This document shows, piece by piece, positions 22,782-31,360 of a stretch of DNA of 64,000 nucleotides. The notes under the pieces are model-generated. The model was not told the DNA's origin, made no database searches, and saw only the letters and a list, made by a program, of their open reading frames with translations. The translations under genes and the position numbers were made by a program. The first letter of the stretch is position 1; each line of letters begins with the position of its first letter. The stretch comes from an uncultured Gemmatimonadales bacterium (GTDB lineage Bacteria > Gemmatimonadota > Gemmatimonadetes > Gemmatimonadales > GWC2-71-9), in NCBI GenBank assembly GCA_963722825.1, contig CAVROI010000001.1, positions 1,221,956-1,285,955 on the forward strand. Reading direction: 5' to 3'.

Positions 22782-23836
22782 AGACGCCCGCCATTTCGAC
22801 CGCCGGCCTCCACGCCTTGCGGAACGGCTGCCTACTCTCTCTTTCCGTCACCATCCCCCTTGCCGCTCAGACAATCGCCGGCCCTGCCTACCACGTGGCC
22901 CGAGACATCAGACTCGGCGGCGATGGGCGCTGGGACTACGTGGTGGTGGATACTGCGGAGCATCGTCTCTTCATCGCGCGTCAGACCCGTGTCATGGTCG
23001 TGGAGCCCGGATCGGGCCGTCTGCTTGGCGAGATTCCAGGCCTCGACGGAGCGCACGGAGTCGCGCTCGCCTATCCGAGCGGGCACGGGTTCGCTACTTC
23101 CGGCCGCGACAGCAGCGTTACGATGTTCGACCTGAAAACACTGAAGGTCCTCACGCGCATCAAGGCCGCGGACGACGCCGATGCGGTGCTCTACGACCCG
23201 GTCTCGAAGCGGATCTTCACGTTCAACGGCGATGCCGGCTCGTCGACCGCCATCGACCCGGCGACCGGCGCAGTGGCCGGCTCGATCCCGCTCGGCGGGA
23301 AGCCGGAGTTCGGCGTCACCGACAACAAGGGAAGGCTGTATGTCAACATCGAGGACAAGGGCGAGGTTGTGGAGATCGATCCTGTCGCGCTCAAGGTCAC
23401 GCGCAGGTGGTCGATCGCCCCCTGCGAGGAGCCGACCGGCCTGGCGATTGATCGAGCGCATCATCTGCTCTTCAGCGGCTGCCATAGCGGAGTGATGACC
23501 ATCAGTGACGCGGCCACCGGCCGGAGGATCGCGGAGGTGCCGATCGGCCAGGGGGTGGACGGCGCCGCGTTCGACCCCTCGACCTCATTGGCGTTTGCGT
23601 CGAACGGCGACGGTACACTCACTGTGGTACACGAGGACAGCCCGACGACCTTTCATGTCGTCTCCAACGTGCGGACCCGCCGCGGTGCGCGGACGATGGC
23701 GCTCGACGAGCGAACCCATCGGGTCTACACCGTCACGGCGGCCTTCGGCGACACACCGGCACCGACCGCGGAGGAGCCCCGCCCGCGCCCGCGCCTCCTC
23801 TCCGGCACCTTCTCCCTGCTCGTACTCGATCCGTGA
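22778..23836 (+). CDS. Secreted YncE/YVTN-like beta-propeller protein
   Basis: Signal-like N-terminus. Repeated blades of about 40 aa (DPVSKRIFTFNG, GRLYVNIEDKGEVVEIDP, HLLFSGCHSGVMTISD, LAFASNGDGTLTVV). ATGA overlap with the RND stop. Confidence 0.55.
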   Translation: MKTPAISTAGLHALRNGCLLSLSVTIPLAAQTIAGPAYHVARDIRLGGDGRWDYVVVDTAEHRLFIARQTRVMVVEPGSGRLLGEIPGLDGAHGVALAYPSGHGFATSGRDSSVTMFDLKTLKVLTRIKAADDADAVLYDPVSKRIFTFNGDAGSSTAIDPATGAVAGSIPLGGKPEFGVTDNKGRLYVNIEDKGEVVEIDPVALKVTRRWSIAPCEEPTGLAIDRAHHLLFSGCHSGVMTISDAATGRRIAEVPIGQGVDGAAFDPSTSLAFASNGDGTLTVVHEDSPTTFHVVSNVRTRRGARTMALDERTHRVYTVTAAFGDTPAPTAEEPRPRPRLLSGTFSLLVLDP

Positions 23837-23873
23837 ACCATCTCTCGGCAAGGGAAGCCGGAGATTCCAGCGC

Positions 23874-25112
23874 TCAAGCCCGGGTAACCGTCGCGGGCCT
23901 CACCAGGCTCAGTACGCCATCCACCAGGCGGTCCACTTCCTCCTCGGTCGTATAGCAGGCGCACCCCGCCCGCACCAATCCGCGTGCCGAAAGACCGAGC
24001 CGCGCGACCACCGTCGTCGCATAGAAGTCCCCACTCGACACGAACACTCCGTGCCCCGAGAGGCCGGCCGCCACTTCATCGGAGCTTCGTCCATCGACGG
24101 TGAAGGCGACCGTCGGAGTGTGAGGCTCCGACGGCGGCGGGCCATAGAGCGTGACACCCGGCGTGTTCCCCAACCCTCTCCATAGCCGCTCGAGCAGTGC
24201 CTGGCCGCGGTCGTGCAGCGCGGCATAGGTCGCCACCAATCGCTCCCGCCGGCTCCCGCCGGCGCTCAGCGACGCAAGGAATTCCACCGCCGCCGCCGCA
24301 CCCGCGATTCCCTCGTGATTGAGCGTTCCCGTCTCCAGCCGCTCGGGCGCCGTATCCGGCGCCGGTGCGAGCTTCGGGGCGTCCAGTGCCTGGAGCCGTT
24401 CCCGGCGGCCGTACAGAATGCCGAGATGGGGACCGTAGAACTTGTACGACGAACAGGCGAGAAAATCGCACCCGATGGCCCGCACGTCGACCAGGTTGTG
24501 TGGCGCGTAGTGCACCGCGTCCACGAACGTGAGCGCGCCGGCCTGGCGGGCCAAGCGCACCGCGCGCGTCACGTCGGTCACGGTGCCAAGCGCGTTGGAT
24601 GCGGCGCCGATAGCGAGTAGACGCGTCTTTCCCGACAGGGCGCGCTCGAGAGCTCCCCAATCGAGCTGCCCGGTCTCGATCACGAGTGGGACGGTACGGA
24701 CGGTGATGCCGCGCTCCCGCTCGAGCGCGGTCCATGGCGCGACGTTGGCGTGATGGTCCAGCTCGGTAATCACGATCTCATCACCCGGCCCCCACCCACG
24801 GCCGAGGGCGCGCCCGAGATGAAAGGTGAGCGTGGTCATGTTGGCGCCGAATGCCACTTCCGTGGGGGCGGCCCCGAGCAGATCGGCCAGCGCGGCACGT
24901 GCCTCGGCGATGATCGCGTCGGTCTCTTCGCTGGAGGGGTAGTGCCAGTGGGTATTCGCGTTGTGGTGATAGAGGTACTCGGTCATCGCGCCGGCGACGC
25001 CGGCGGGGACCTGGGTGCCGCCTGGTCCATCGAAGTAGGCGACGGGATACCCGCGGTGCTGCCGCTGCAAGGCGGGAAACCGGGAGCGAATGTCGGTGGT
25101 GGAGAGGGTCAC
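23874..25112 (-). CDS. Class V aminotransferase, cysteine desulfurase-like protein
   Basis: 412 aa. FDGPGGTQVP, HHANV, PLP-lysine context SSYKFYGPH. GTG start. Confidence 0.75.
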   Translation of the reverse strand: MTLSTTDIRSRFPALQRQHRGYPVAYFDGPGGTQVPAGVAGAMTEYLYHHNANTHWHYPSSEETDAIIAEARAALADLLGAAPTEVAFGANMTTLTFHLGRALGRGWGPGDEIVITELDHHANVAPWTALERERGITVRTVPLVIETGQLDWGALERALSGKTRLLAIGAASNALGTVTDVTRAVRLARQAGALTFVDAVHYAPHNLVDVRAIGCDFLACSSYKFYGPHLGILYGRRERLQALDAPKLAPAPDTAPERLETGTLNHEGIAGAAAAVEFLASLSAGGSRRERLVATYAALHDRGQALLERLWRGLGNTPGVTLYGPPPSEPHTPTVAFTVDGRSSDEVAAGLSGHGVFVSSGDFYATTVVARLGLSARGLVRAGCACYTTEEEVDRLVDGVLSLVRPATVTRA

Positions 25113-25368
25113 GAGGGCCTCGACTGGGCGGTAATCGACATGAGAAATGACCTGACGTTCAACGCGCTAAGTGCCGTTAGCCTAATTAATTACATGATAA
25201 CCTTGGACAAAGCTTGGACAGACGTTCAACGTTTGTTGAGCCCCGGTGGTCCTTTCGGCCAGCCGGCGGCCAGGAAGAAATCTCGCCCTAGCTTACCCCG
25301 CCCCGGCCGGGCACACCAGCCAGCATCGGCCGACAGCCGCTTCGAGGTCGGCATGCCCACACGCGCCA

Positions 25369-25401
25369 ACGGCGGGATCGCCGTTGAGGCGGTCCCGCCG
25401 T
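25369..25401 (-). terminator. Hairpin immediately 3' of tmRNA
   Basis: ACGGCGGGATCGCC gttga GGCGGTCCCGCCGT: a 14-bp stem with one G-U pair and a 5-nt loop. No U tract follows. Confidence 0.45.
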
Positions 25402-25407
25402 CGGTGA

Positions 25408-25771
25408 TGGAGGCGCAGGGAATCGAACCCTGGTCCGAGTAAGCTTCCAGAACAGCGTCTACGTGCGTAGGCTCGGCTCTTTGCCGTGGCCGCGGGGCGG
25501 TGCCGAACCGACCTCCCCTTGGTCTAGCTCCGTGGTACTCTCGCCATCAGCGTCGGAGCGACGCGTCAGGCCAGCCCGGTTTTGCGATTCGACAGGCGGC
25601 GCTCCAGGCGGGCTCCACCAGCCGAAGGCGCGTCAAGCGAGTCTAGCTCAGCTTACGCGGCCAGTGCCAGTTCAGTGTTGGCAGTTGAAGCATTCCAGAC
25701 GGTTTTGCCAGGACTCTGGACCTGGGCACGCTACCATTCCTTCACCAAACCCGTCGAAGCCAGTCGCCCCC
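25408..25771 (-). ncRNA. ssrA: tmRNA (transfer-messenger RNA)
   Basis: 5' end GGGGGCGACTGGCTTCGACGGG. 3' end CAGGGTTCGATTCCCTGCGCCTCCA. 7-bp acceptor stem with G3:U. Tag frame GCC AAC ACT GAA CTG GCA CTG GCC GCG TAA (25682..25653) = ANTELALAA. CCA is not encoded. Confidence 0.9.
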
Positions 25772-25789
25772 CGGGTATGGGGAAATATA

Positions 25790-27241
25790 CTACGGCCGGC
25801 TGTCCCCCGCCCGTTCCACCCGATTCCGCCCGCTGTTCTTCGCCACGTACAATGCCGCGTCCGCCTGGGCCGCCAGATTCGCCAGGCTCTGACTCGTTTC
25901 CGGAGAGCCGGCCACGCCGAACGATGCCGTCAAGGGCCACGTCCGGCCCTGCCAATCCCACGAGGTGGTACTCAGCCGGATCCTGATCCGTTCCGCGATC
26001 CGAGTGCCCAGGTCCAGTTCGGTCCCCGGCAGCCAGATGGCAAACTCCTCCCCACCGATGCGCGCCGCCGCATCCACCGCCCTGATCTGGCCCTCGATGA
26101 TCCTGGAGAAATGGACCAGGGCCGCATCGCCCGCCGGGTGGCCGAGGGTATCGTTGAGGGACTTGAACCGGTCGATGTCCGCGTAGACGAGCGAGCCGGT
26201 CTTGGCGCCCCCCTGCCGGGCCATGATCTCCTCGAGCCCGCGGCGATTGAGCAAGCCGGTGAGCCGGTCGGCCGTTGCCCGGCTGCGCTGCTGGTCGGCC
26301 TTGCGCGCCCGGTAGAGGCGCGGCCCCGCATTCTCGAGCGCGGCGGCGAGCTCCGCCTCGGCGGCACCGGTCGGCTCGCGCCCGCCCGGTGGCCAGATCG
26401 CGACGGCTCCCACCGCCTCGCCAGCGGACCGGATCTGCCGCAACACGACCGCCACCGGACGATGTCTCCGATCGGCCACCACTCCGCCGAGCGGGTCTCC
26501 CTCGATGACACCGTCGGCACGACTCCCGAGCGCCACTTCCCCCAGGGGGCTGCCCTCGGGCAGCAACGTGTCGAGCAGGCGCCGGTCGCCCTTGCCGGAG
26601 ACCCCGATGACCCGGACACCCATATCGGGCGCGCGAGGGTCGCGCACGAGTGTGTCAGGCAGCTCGCGCGCCGCGACCACCACCTGAGCGCCCAGGGCCC
26701 GCTCCAGCTGATAAGCGAGCCGGAGTCCCACGCTGCTGGCCGATTCCGGAGAGGCTTCGTCTGCCTGCGCCTGCGCCAGCTCCACGATATGGGGCCGGCG
26801 CCGGACCCCATCGAGCAGGCGCTTGAGATCGTCCTCCGCGATGGCAAGCGTGGCGGCGTCGGAGAGAATCGGAAGAAGCAGCCCGACCGCCGCGCCCGCC
26901 GCGGCGTGGAAGACGAGCACGCCGCTCTCCATCCGCTCGACCCCGCTTTGCTCCTGGTCTCGTGCGCGCTCGAGCCTGCGGTCCACCGCGACGATTTGCC
27001 CGACCTCCAACCGCTCCGCGTCCACGATCCGCTCCGCCCGAGGCCCCTCTTCCCGCGGGTCGAGCTCGGTCACCCACACGCCGAGCGCCTCGTGGGAGCG
27101 GCGAAGCCACTCGAGGGCGGGCTCGGGCAAGAGATGCGGAGCGACACCGGCGGCCATCGGCGCCGTTTCTCGCCGGCGGGCCAGCCACCACCCGGCGGCG
27201 GCGCCGACGATCAGGACGAGGAGCAGCATGAGACCGGTCAC
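25790..27241 (-). CDS. Membrane-anchored diguanylate cyclase (GGDEF) with an uncharacterised N-terminal sensor region
   Basis: C-terminal LTGLLNRRG...DIDRFKSLND...RIGGEEFAI, with I-site RAVD five residues upstream. N-terminal TM helix LMLLLVLIVGAAAGWWL. GTG 27241 overlaps the corA stop (GTGA); alternative ATG at 27229. Confidence 0.85.
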   Translation of the reverse strand: MTGLMLLLVLIVGAAAGWWLARRRETAPMAAGVAPHLLPEPALEWLRRSHEALGVWVTELDPREEGPRAERIVDAERLEVGQIVAVDRRLERARDQEQSGVERMESGVLVFHAAAGAAVGLLLPILSDAATLAIAEDDLKRLLDGVRRRPHIVELAQAQADEASPESASSVGLRLAYQLERALGAQVVVAARELPDTLVRDPRAPDMGVRVIGVSGKGDRRLLDTLLPEGSPLGEVALGSRADGVIEGDPLGGVVADRRHRPVAVVLRQIRSAGEAVGAVAIWPPGGREPTGAAEAELAAALENAGPRLYRARKADQQRSRATADRLTGLLNRRGLEEIMARQGGAKTGSLVYADIDRFKSLNDTLGHPAGDAALVHFSRIIEGQIRAVDAAARIGGEEFAIWLPGTELDLGTRIAERIRIRLSTTSWDWQGRTWPLTASFGVAGSPETSQSLANLAAQADAALYVAKNSGRNRVERAGDSRP

Positions 27242-28188
27242 TCCCGCAACCAGCCCCGGCGGCGGAACCAGAGATAGATGGCGAGGGTGACGGCCCCCAT
27301 CGCCAACAGAACGGCGGGATAGCCCCACCGGGTGCGCAGCTCGGGCATGAACGCGAAGTTCATCCCGTACACCCCCACGATGAACGTGAGCGGCAGAAAG
27401 AAGACGCTGAACACCGTCAACACCCGCATCACCTCGTTGGTGCGGTGCGTGGCGAGCGAGAGCTGGATGTTCAGCACCGAGTTGGCATCGTCGAGCAGCT
27501 CGTCCGCATAGAAGTGGTAGCTCTCGACATTCTCCTGGACGTCCCGGAAGAGCGTCGCCGCACGGCCCGAGGGCGGCGTCATGCGCTGCACGACGTCCAG
27601 GAATCGCCACAGGAGTCGCTTGACGAGCGTCACCTGGTGCTTCAGAAGATGAATCTCCCGGAGCGAACTTGCGAGGGCGGACCCGGCGCCCTCGCCGCCC
27701 TGAAAGAGTGCATTCTCGAAGGCATCCGTGCGACTTTCGAGAGTCTCGAGGGGCGCGGCGTAGGTGTCGGCCGCGGCATTCAGCAACTTCGCAATCACGC
27801 GAGATTGCAACTGCTCCCGGGCCTGGGCACTACCCTTTGGCGCGTCGGCCGCGATGCGGTCCTCGAGCCGGGTGAGCCAGGGCTGCTCTACCCGGTGGAT
27901 CGTGATGAGAAACGCGGGAGCGTAGAAGAGCGCGACCTTGCGGGTGAGCTCCTGCATGGTCGAGCAGCGGGTGTCTGCCCGTTCGTCGTACACCCGGATG
28001 ATCGCGAAGGCGTAGTTGTCGAACTGCTCGAACTTGGGCAGGTGCTCGGGGTCGAGACAGTCCTGCACCGAAGTGGGGTGCAACGAATACCGCACCGCGA
28101 TCTCCGAGAGCTCCTCGGAAGTCGGGGCCACCACATCGAGCCAGGCGAAGCCCAGCCGCTCGTGGTCGACGACAGTCCGAGCGGTCAC
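27238..28188 (-). CDS. corA: CorA-family divalent cation (Mg/Co/Ni) transporter
   Basis: 316 aa. YGMNF signature and two C-terminal TM helices. GTG start overlaps the larB stop (GTGA). Confidence 0.88.
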   Translation of the reverse strand: MTARTVVDHERLGFAWLDVVAPTSEELSEIAVRYSLHPTSVQDCLDPEHLPKFEQFDNYAFAIIRVYDERADTRCSTMQELTRKVALFYAPAFLITIHRVEQPWLTRLEDRIAADAPKGSAQAREQLQSRVIAKLLNAAADTYAAPLETLESRTDAFENALFQGGEGAGSALASSLREIHLLKHQVTLVKRLLWRFLDVVQRMTPPSGRAATLFRDVQENVESYHFYADELLDDANSVLNIQLSLATHRTNEVMRVLTVFSVFFLPLTFIVGVYGMNFAFMPELRTRWGYPAVLLAMGAVTLAIYLWFRRRGWLRE

Positions 28189-28943
28189 GAGCGACAGATC
28201 CTGCTCGCCGCCGCGGCGGCGCCGAATCCGTTGTCGATGTTCACGACCGTGATGCCCGAGGCGCAGGAGTTGAGCATGGCGAGCAGCGCCGCAAGCCCGC
28301 CGAACGAGGCGCCGTATCCCACGCTCGTCGGCACGGCGATCACCGGCACCGAAACCAGTCCCCCGACGACGCTGGGCAGGGCACCCTCCATTCCCGCCAC
28401 CACGATGATGACGCGCGCCCGCGAGAGCTGCTCGCTGGCGGCGAGAAGACGATGCAGCCCGGCGACACCGACATCGTGCAGGCGATCGACCGTGTGCCCG
28501 AAAGCCTCCGCCACCACCGATGCCTCTTCCGCCACGGGCAAGTCGCTGGTTCCCGCGGAGACGACGAGAATCGCGGCGGTATCGCCAGGGACTGCGCTCG
28601 CGGTGAGTGGGGGCGACAGATGGACCGTGCGGGCGAGCGGGTTCCACACCATCCGGGGAAAGCGCGCCTGGAGCGCCGCGGCCATGCTCTCGGACGCGCG
28701 GGTGCCGAGAAAGGAGCCGGTGGCCGCTTCCAGGCGCTCGCAGATGGCCACCACCTGCTCGACGGTCTTCCCCTCGCAGAAAACCACCTCGGGCTGCCCC
28801 TGGCGGAGCGCGCGATGATGGTCGATGCGGGCAAAGACGATGTCCTCGAAGGGCAAGTGCCGCAGCCGGGTCAACGCCTCGTCGGGCGTCAGGCGCCCGG
28901 CCGCGACGTCGGCCAGCAGGCCCTCGAGCTGCGCGGCTCTCAC
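28185..28943 (-). CDS. larB: LarB-type PurE-like carboxylase (nickel-pincer cofactor biosynthesis)
   Basis: 252 aa. N-terminal LTPDEALTRLRHLPFEDI, then a PurE-fold with VVSAGTSDLPVAEEA and VVAGMEGALPSVVGG. Confidence 0.8.
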   Translation of the reverse strand: MRAAQLEGLLADVAAGRLTPDEALTRLRHLPFEDIVFARIDHHRALRQGQPEVVFCEGKTVEQVVAICERLEAATGSFLGTRASESMAAALQARFPRMVWNPLARTVHLSPPLTASAVPGDTAAILVVSAGTSDLPVAEEASVVAEAFGHTVDRLHDVGVAGLHRLLAASEQLSRARVIIVVAGMEGALPSVVGGLVSVPVIAVPTSVGYGASFGGLAALLAMLNSCASGITVVNIDNGFGAAAAASRICRS

Positions 28944-29923
28944 GCCACCGCGGCGACCGGCTCGAGGTAGTCGAGAAAGATGGACTCCGCTTCCGCGATC
29001 GACTCGATTGCGAAGAGGCGCTGCCGCAGATCGCTCGCCCCGTGCAATCCCTTGGTGTACCAGCCGAGATGCTTGCGGAACTCGAGCACCGTCTTCCGGG
29101 TGTCACCCTGAAGACGAATCGCGAGGCGCGCGTGCTCCAGCGCCACCGCGAAGCGTTCGACGGCCGGCGGCGGCGGCGGCGCGGCACGAGCATCGAGGAG
29201 CGCCCTGCCCTCGCGGAAGAGCCACGGGTTGCCGAACGCACCCCGTCCCACCATCACCCCGGCGCAGCCGGTGTGGTCCCGCATGCGCACGATATCCAGC
29301 GCCGTCACGATGTCACCGTTTCCGATCACGGGAATGTCGAGCGCCTCGACCACGCGCGCGATCTCATCCCACGACGCCTTCCCCGAGAACATCTGGGTCC
29401 GCGTGCGAGCGTGAAGGGTGAACGCGCGTGCGCCGGCATCCTGCATCCGGAGGGCGATGCCGATCGGGTCTCGGACCTCCTCGCTCCATCCACTGCGGGT
29501 CTTCACGGTCACGGGGAGGTGGGTCGCACCGATCACCGCGCGAATGATCCGCTGCACCAGATCGAGGTCGCGCAAGCACCCCGACCCACCGTTCCGGTGC
29601 ACCACTTTCTTGACGGGACACCCGAAATTGATATCGATGAACTCGGGACGGTAATGCTCCGTGATCAGCCCGGCCGCTTCGGCCATCGCGTCAGCGTTGG
29701 CACCATAGATCTGGATGCCGATTGGGCGCTCCACGTCCTCGAACTCTGCGCCCTCGAGCGTATTCCGGATGCGCCTGCGGATGGCCTCCGAGGACAGAAA
29801 CTCGGACAGCACGACGTCGGCGCCCATCGCCCGGCAGATCTGGCGGAACGGCGCCTCCGATACCCCGGCCATAGGGGCCAGGATGAGGGGAAAGTGATGC
29901 GCGGAAGGATAGGGCAACTGCAT
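28940..29923 (-). CDS. dusB: tRNA-dihydrouridine synthase
   Basis: Internal ATG at 29923. LAPMAGVSEAPFR, DINFGCPVKKV, TVKTRSGW. 327 aa. Confidence 0.9.
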   Translation of the reverse strand: MQLPYPSAHHFPLILAPMAGVSEAPFRQICRAMGADVVLSEFLSSEAIRRRIRNTLEGAEFEDVERPIGIQIYGANADAMAEAAGLITEHYRPEFIDINFGCPVKKVVHRNGGSGCLRDLDLVQRIIRAVIGATHLPVTVKTRSGWSEEVRDPIGIALRMQDAGARAFTLHARTRTQMFSGKASWDEIARVVEALDIPVIGNGDIVTALDIVRMRDHTGCAGVMVGRGAFGNPWLFREGRALLDARAAPPPPPAVERFAVALEHARLAIRLQGDTRKTVLEFRKHLGWYTKGLHGASDLRQRLFAIESIAEAESIFLDYLEPVAAVA

Positions 29924-30030
29924 GGGGACAAAATACTTGGGGGTAGAGATCACGGCAATGGAAAGCCCCCGGGCCCCGCTGGAACCCGTCGAACGCCCAT
30001 TTCGTCGTGTGGAAGTCCCCTCCATTCCGG

Positions 30031-31326
30031 ATGATCTCGATGCTCCGATGCCTGTTGCTGGCGTGTAGCTGCCTGCTCTGCGGTTCGCGGGCGGTTGCGC
30101 AGAGCGATCCCATCCTTGCCTCCCGCGCCGAGTACCGCGAGGCGGTGCTGGCATACGAAGCCCACGAATTTGCGGCATTTCTCGAGCACGCCAGGCGCGC
30201 CGAGGAGCTCCGGCCGGATCACGGCGGCGTCGTCTACGCGCTTGCCTCCGCGTATGCGCTGACAGGCGACACTACCAGGGCAATGGAGACGCTTCGGTAC
30301 TTCGCTTCCCTCGGATACTTCGCCGATATCGCGGCCGACTCCGATCTGACGACGCTCGCTGGAGTGCCGGGCTATGCCGAGCTGCGCCGGACGCTTGAAG
30401 CCAACGGCCGACGTGTAGTGAGAAGCACGGTGGCGTTCACCCTGCCGGAGCGCGACCTGCTGACGGAGGGGATCGCCCATGATCCCCGGTCGAAGGCGTT
30501 CTTCGTGGGCAGCGTCCGTTACCGCAAGATCCTGAGGGTGGACCGCTCCGGGCGCACATCGGATTTCGTGCCGCCTGAACGGGATGCCCTCTGGGCGCCG
30601 CTCGGCATGCGAGTCGACTCCGCACGAGGTGTCCTCTGGGTAGCCGCGGCCGCGAGACCGCAGATGATCCACTTCGACTCGGCCGATTCCGGGCGGAGCG
30701 GGCTCTTCCGGTATGACCTGGCTTCGGCGCGGCTGACGGGCAAGTTCGTCATCCCTCCGGACGGCGCGACCCACGTGCTCGGCGACCTCACGATCGCGCG
30801 GAATGGGGATGTCTACGCGAGCGACAGTCGCGCACCCGTGGTCTGGATGGTGCGAGCCGGCAGCGACTCCCTCGAGCGTTTCGTCGAATCGCCCCTCCTG
30901 CTGGCGGCACAAGGCCTCGCTCTTACCGCCGACGAGCGGACGCTCTTTCTCGCGGACTATTCCCGAGGCATGTTGAAGATCGACCTGGCCTCGAGGGAGG
31001 TCGCGCTGCTGCCCTGCCGACGGGGAGTCCTGGCGCTCGGCATCGATGGCCTCTATCAGGCAGCAGGCAAGCTGATCGGGATCCAGAACGGCGTGGAGCC
31101 GCACCGCGTCGTGCGGCTCACGCTCGATGCCCAGGGCGACAGCCTGGTCGGTTACGAAGTGCTGGAGCGGCGGCATCCTCGGTTTTCCGAGCCCACGCTC
31201 GGAGTTCTCGTCGGACGGGATCTCTATTACGTCGCCAACAGTCAGTGGGAGCGATTCGGCGAGACTGGAGACGTGGCGCGGCCCGATGAGCTCGTGCCAC
31301 CAGTGGTCCTGCGGCTTCGGCTTTGA
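30031..31326 (+). CDS. Secreted protein with an N-terminal TPR-like region and a beta-propeller-like body
   Basis: Signal peptide MISMLRCLLLACSCLLCGSRAVAQS. Repeated strand patterns (GVLWVAAA, GDVYASDS, TLFLADYS, LYYVANSQ). Function not assignable. Start could be 30007, 30031 or 30040. Confidence 0.4.
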   Translation: MISMLRCLLLACSCLLCGSRAVAQSDPILASRAEYREAVLAYEAHEFAAFLEHARRAEELRPDHGGVVYALASAYALTGDTTRAMETLRYFASLGYFADIAADSDLTTLAGVPGYAELRRTLEANGRRVVRSTVAFTLPERDLLTEGIAHDPRSKAFFVGSVRYRKILRVDRSGRTSDFVPPERDALWAPLGMRVDSARGVLWVAAAARPQMIHFDSADSGRSGLFRYDLASARLTGKFVIPPDGATHVLGDLTIARNGDVYASDSRAPVVWMVRAGSDSLERFVESPLLLAAQGLALTADERTLFLADYSRGMLKIDLASREVALLPCRRGVLALGIDGLYQAAGKLIGIQNGVEPHRVVRLTLDAQGDSLVGYEVLERRHPRFSEPTLGVLVGRDLYYVANSQWERFGETGDVARPDELVPPVVLRLRL

Positions 31327-31360
31327 CACTCCAGCCCGGCGGATGTAGGTTGCCGCCGCC

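Noticed and set aside
25113-25407. Genomic island or prophage integrated at tmRNA
   Set aside because: Only about 290 bp separates tmRNA from the next conserved gene. There is no integrase and no visible duplicate of the tmRNA 3' end in the window. I kept it only as a possible scar hypothesis in the findings.
25140-25442. 101-aa + strand ORF (MRNDLTFNALSAVSLINYM...) in the AT-rich spacer
   Set aside because: It runs into the tmRNA 3' end and terminator hairpin. Its second half is typical non-coding GC-rich translation, and there is no motif or Shine-Dalgarno sequence.
25463-27277. 604-aa + strand ORF
   Set aside because: It runs antisense through tmRNA and the GGDEF gene, has low-complexity R/P/G composition, and the opposite strand carries clear GGEEF and tmRNA signatures.
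28189-29241. Upstream part of the 667-aa ORF containing corA
   Set aside because: It overlaps larB and dusB in another frame. CorA-like sequence only begins at VTARTVVDHERLGF (GTG 28188), giving a normal 316-aa CorA.
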